Assembly (NCBI RefSeq): GCF_018350175.1 | Contig: NC_058368.1 | Coordinates: 202,308,001-202,372,000 of the forward strand | From: Felis catus | Taxonomy: Eukaryota | Direction: 5' to 3' | DNA length: 64,000 nt | In this document: positions 62,545-64,000 of the stretch, in pieces | Layout of the letters: the number at the start of each line of letters is the position of its first letter | How positions within the stretch are numbered: the stretch's first letter is position 1 | Program-made: the position numbers and the translations under genes | Notes under the pieces: generated by a model | Told to the model about the DNA's origin: nothing | The model's input: only the letters and a program-made list of their open reading frames with translations | Databases searched by the model: none

Positions 62545-63500
62545 ACATGACCGGACAACCAAGACACTTGAAGGAAATCAACAGCAAAGGAGAGAAAAGC
62601 TAGATGAGCAAATGGAGCAACTAATGTTAAAGAGAACAGAAATCACTTTCAAAATTAGGGTAAACCATAAAGCTAGTTTCCATATTCAAATTGGTTTGAA
62701 TAAAGAGTACAACTATTAAACAAGAATGGGCTGTGTTAAAAGAGAATTATGAGAGCCCAGGAAAAAGTTATTTCCAAAACACAGGAATTAAAATAATTAA
62801 TAGCCATATTAAAAGTCATGGAGGAGGAAGTTTAAAATTCAGAGCAAAGCAACATAGAGACAGAAAGCAGAGGAAATGTAAGAAACATAGATGGTCTACT
62901 GGGAAGCCTAGCATTTATCTAATGATAGATTGAAAGGAAAGCAAGAGCAGAGAAATGGTAAGGAGAAAAACAGTAAAGAAAGCATTTTAGTGAAATAAGA
63001 GAAAGATGTAAGCTGTAAGAATCATTTTTTAGCATATTTTATTTTCCAAAAGAAAAAGAGATGAAAAAGAAAAACAAAAAGCAAGTTGCATAAATGAAAA
63101 ATAAAAAGCAAGGTACAACATGTGTTACCATTACAAAAAAATTACACAATATTACAGTGTTGCAAAATCATCACCAGTGATATTACACTTTTGTAAAACC
63201 ATAGCATATATTCTCTAAGGGATGCACAGGGATTAAATAAAATCATAAAAATTTGCAAGGAATGATAAACACAAAAAGTATAGTGGTGGTTAACCCTGGG
63301 GAGAGAGGGAGAGTGGTTTGGGGAGGCATACATGCTGGGGCCTCAGATGCATCTGCAATTTTTAACACTACAAACAAAAGATAAGTAACTATGTCACTAT
63401 TTTAAGATTTGATAAAACTGAGTGGTGAATGCAAGGATATTTTATATATTTTTCATTGTGTTTATGAAATTTGATGGAATTCATAATTATAAAAATAAAG
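62545..63500 (+). mobile_element. Old L1M/HAL1-type ORF1-region and 3'-end fragments
   Basis: A-rich sense strand; 'cctagcatttatctaatgatag...agagaaatgg'; 'ggaatgataaacacaaaa...gtggttaaccctgggg'. Confidence 0.6.
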
Positions 63501-64000
63501 TGCTAACTATGCCAGGAACTTCCTGAGAAAATGCCTTTCAAAAATGTACCTTTATAAGTAATGTTTCACCCTCTTTCTCTCTTTATTGCCTACTGATGTG
63601 GCACATTTGAACCTAGAGAAATTTTCTTGGGAAAAAATTGAAAACAAAGTGAAATTGAGGAGATAGCTGCAGTCACATTTATGAGCAGTTGCAAACACTG
63701 AGAAGCCTAGCAAATTTACTAGCCTCAATGGGATTTTACCTACTTCCTTAGAGTGAGAAACCTTTTAAGGGCAAAGTCAATCTGTGTATGTATTGATGAA
63801 ACTTACTGGCTCAAGAGTAAACTGTTTAATGAATTGGGAAAAAGAGACTATGATGATATATTGTAAAGAATTATGCACTTTCTATCTAATTCACCCAGAT
63901 TATTAAGGGTATCCCAAATTGCATTTAGTTTGAGCATGTAATAATGGGGAATTTCCATCATTTTGCCTATTGAAAGCATTGCAGAGTGTTCTAATTTTTT

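Overview
AT-rich, CpG-poor mammalian genomic DNA from a felid, probably domestic cat. The assignment rests on 28 carnivore tRNA-derived SINEs (several of the young Felis type) and carnivore/felid L1 3' ends. I found no protein-coding exon, RNA gene, CpG island or prokaryotic system I can support. Nearly all ORFs in the track are SINE/L1 read-throughs or chance. The window is a layered transposon landscape (Can-SINE, L1, L2, MIR, MaLR/ERV LTRs, hAT and Tigger relics, microsatellites), probably intronic or intergenic. SINEs (21 minus, 7 plus) and young L1 3' ends (5 of 5 minus) are strand-biased, which hints at a plus-strand host transcript. Best second-look items: (1) an unexplained ~870-bp gene-3'-end-like insert splitting an MLT1 LTR (26226-27092); (2) a twin-primed L1 with a very large internal deletion nested in a SINE's TSD (11310-11893); (3) a well-formed non-coding exon candidate (1621-1775); (4) a tail-less L1; (5) closely spaced inverted SINE pairs. 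I see no convincing previously undescribed biological system. Subfamily names come from recalled consensus sequences, not a database search, and boundaries of old repeats are approximate.
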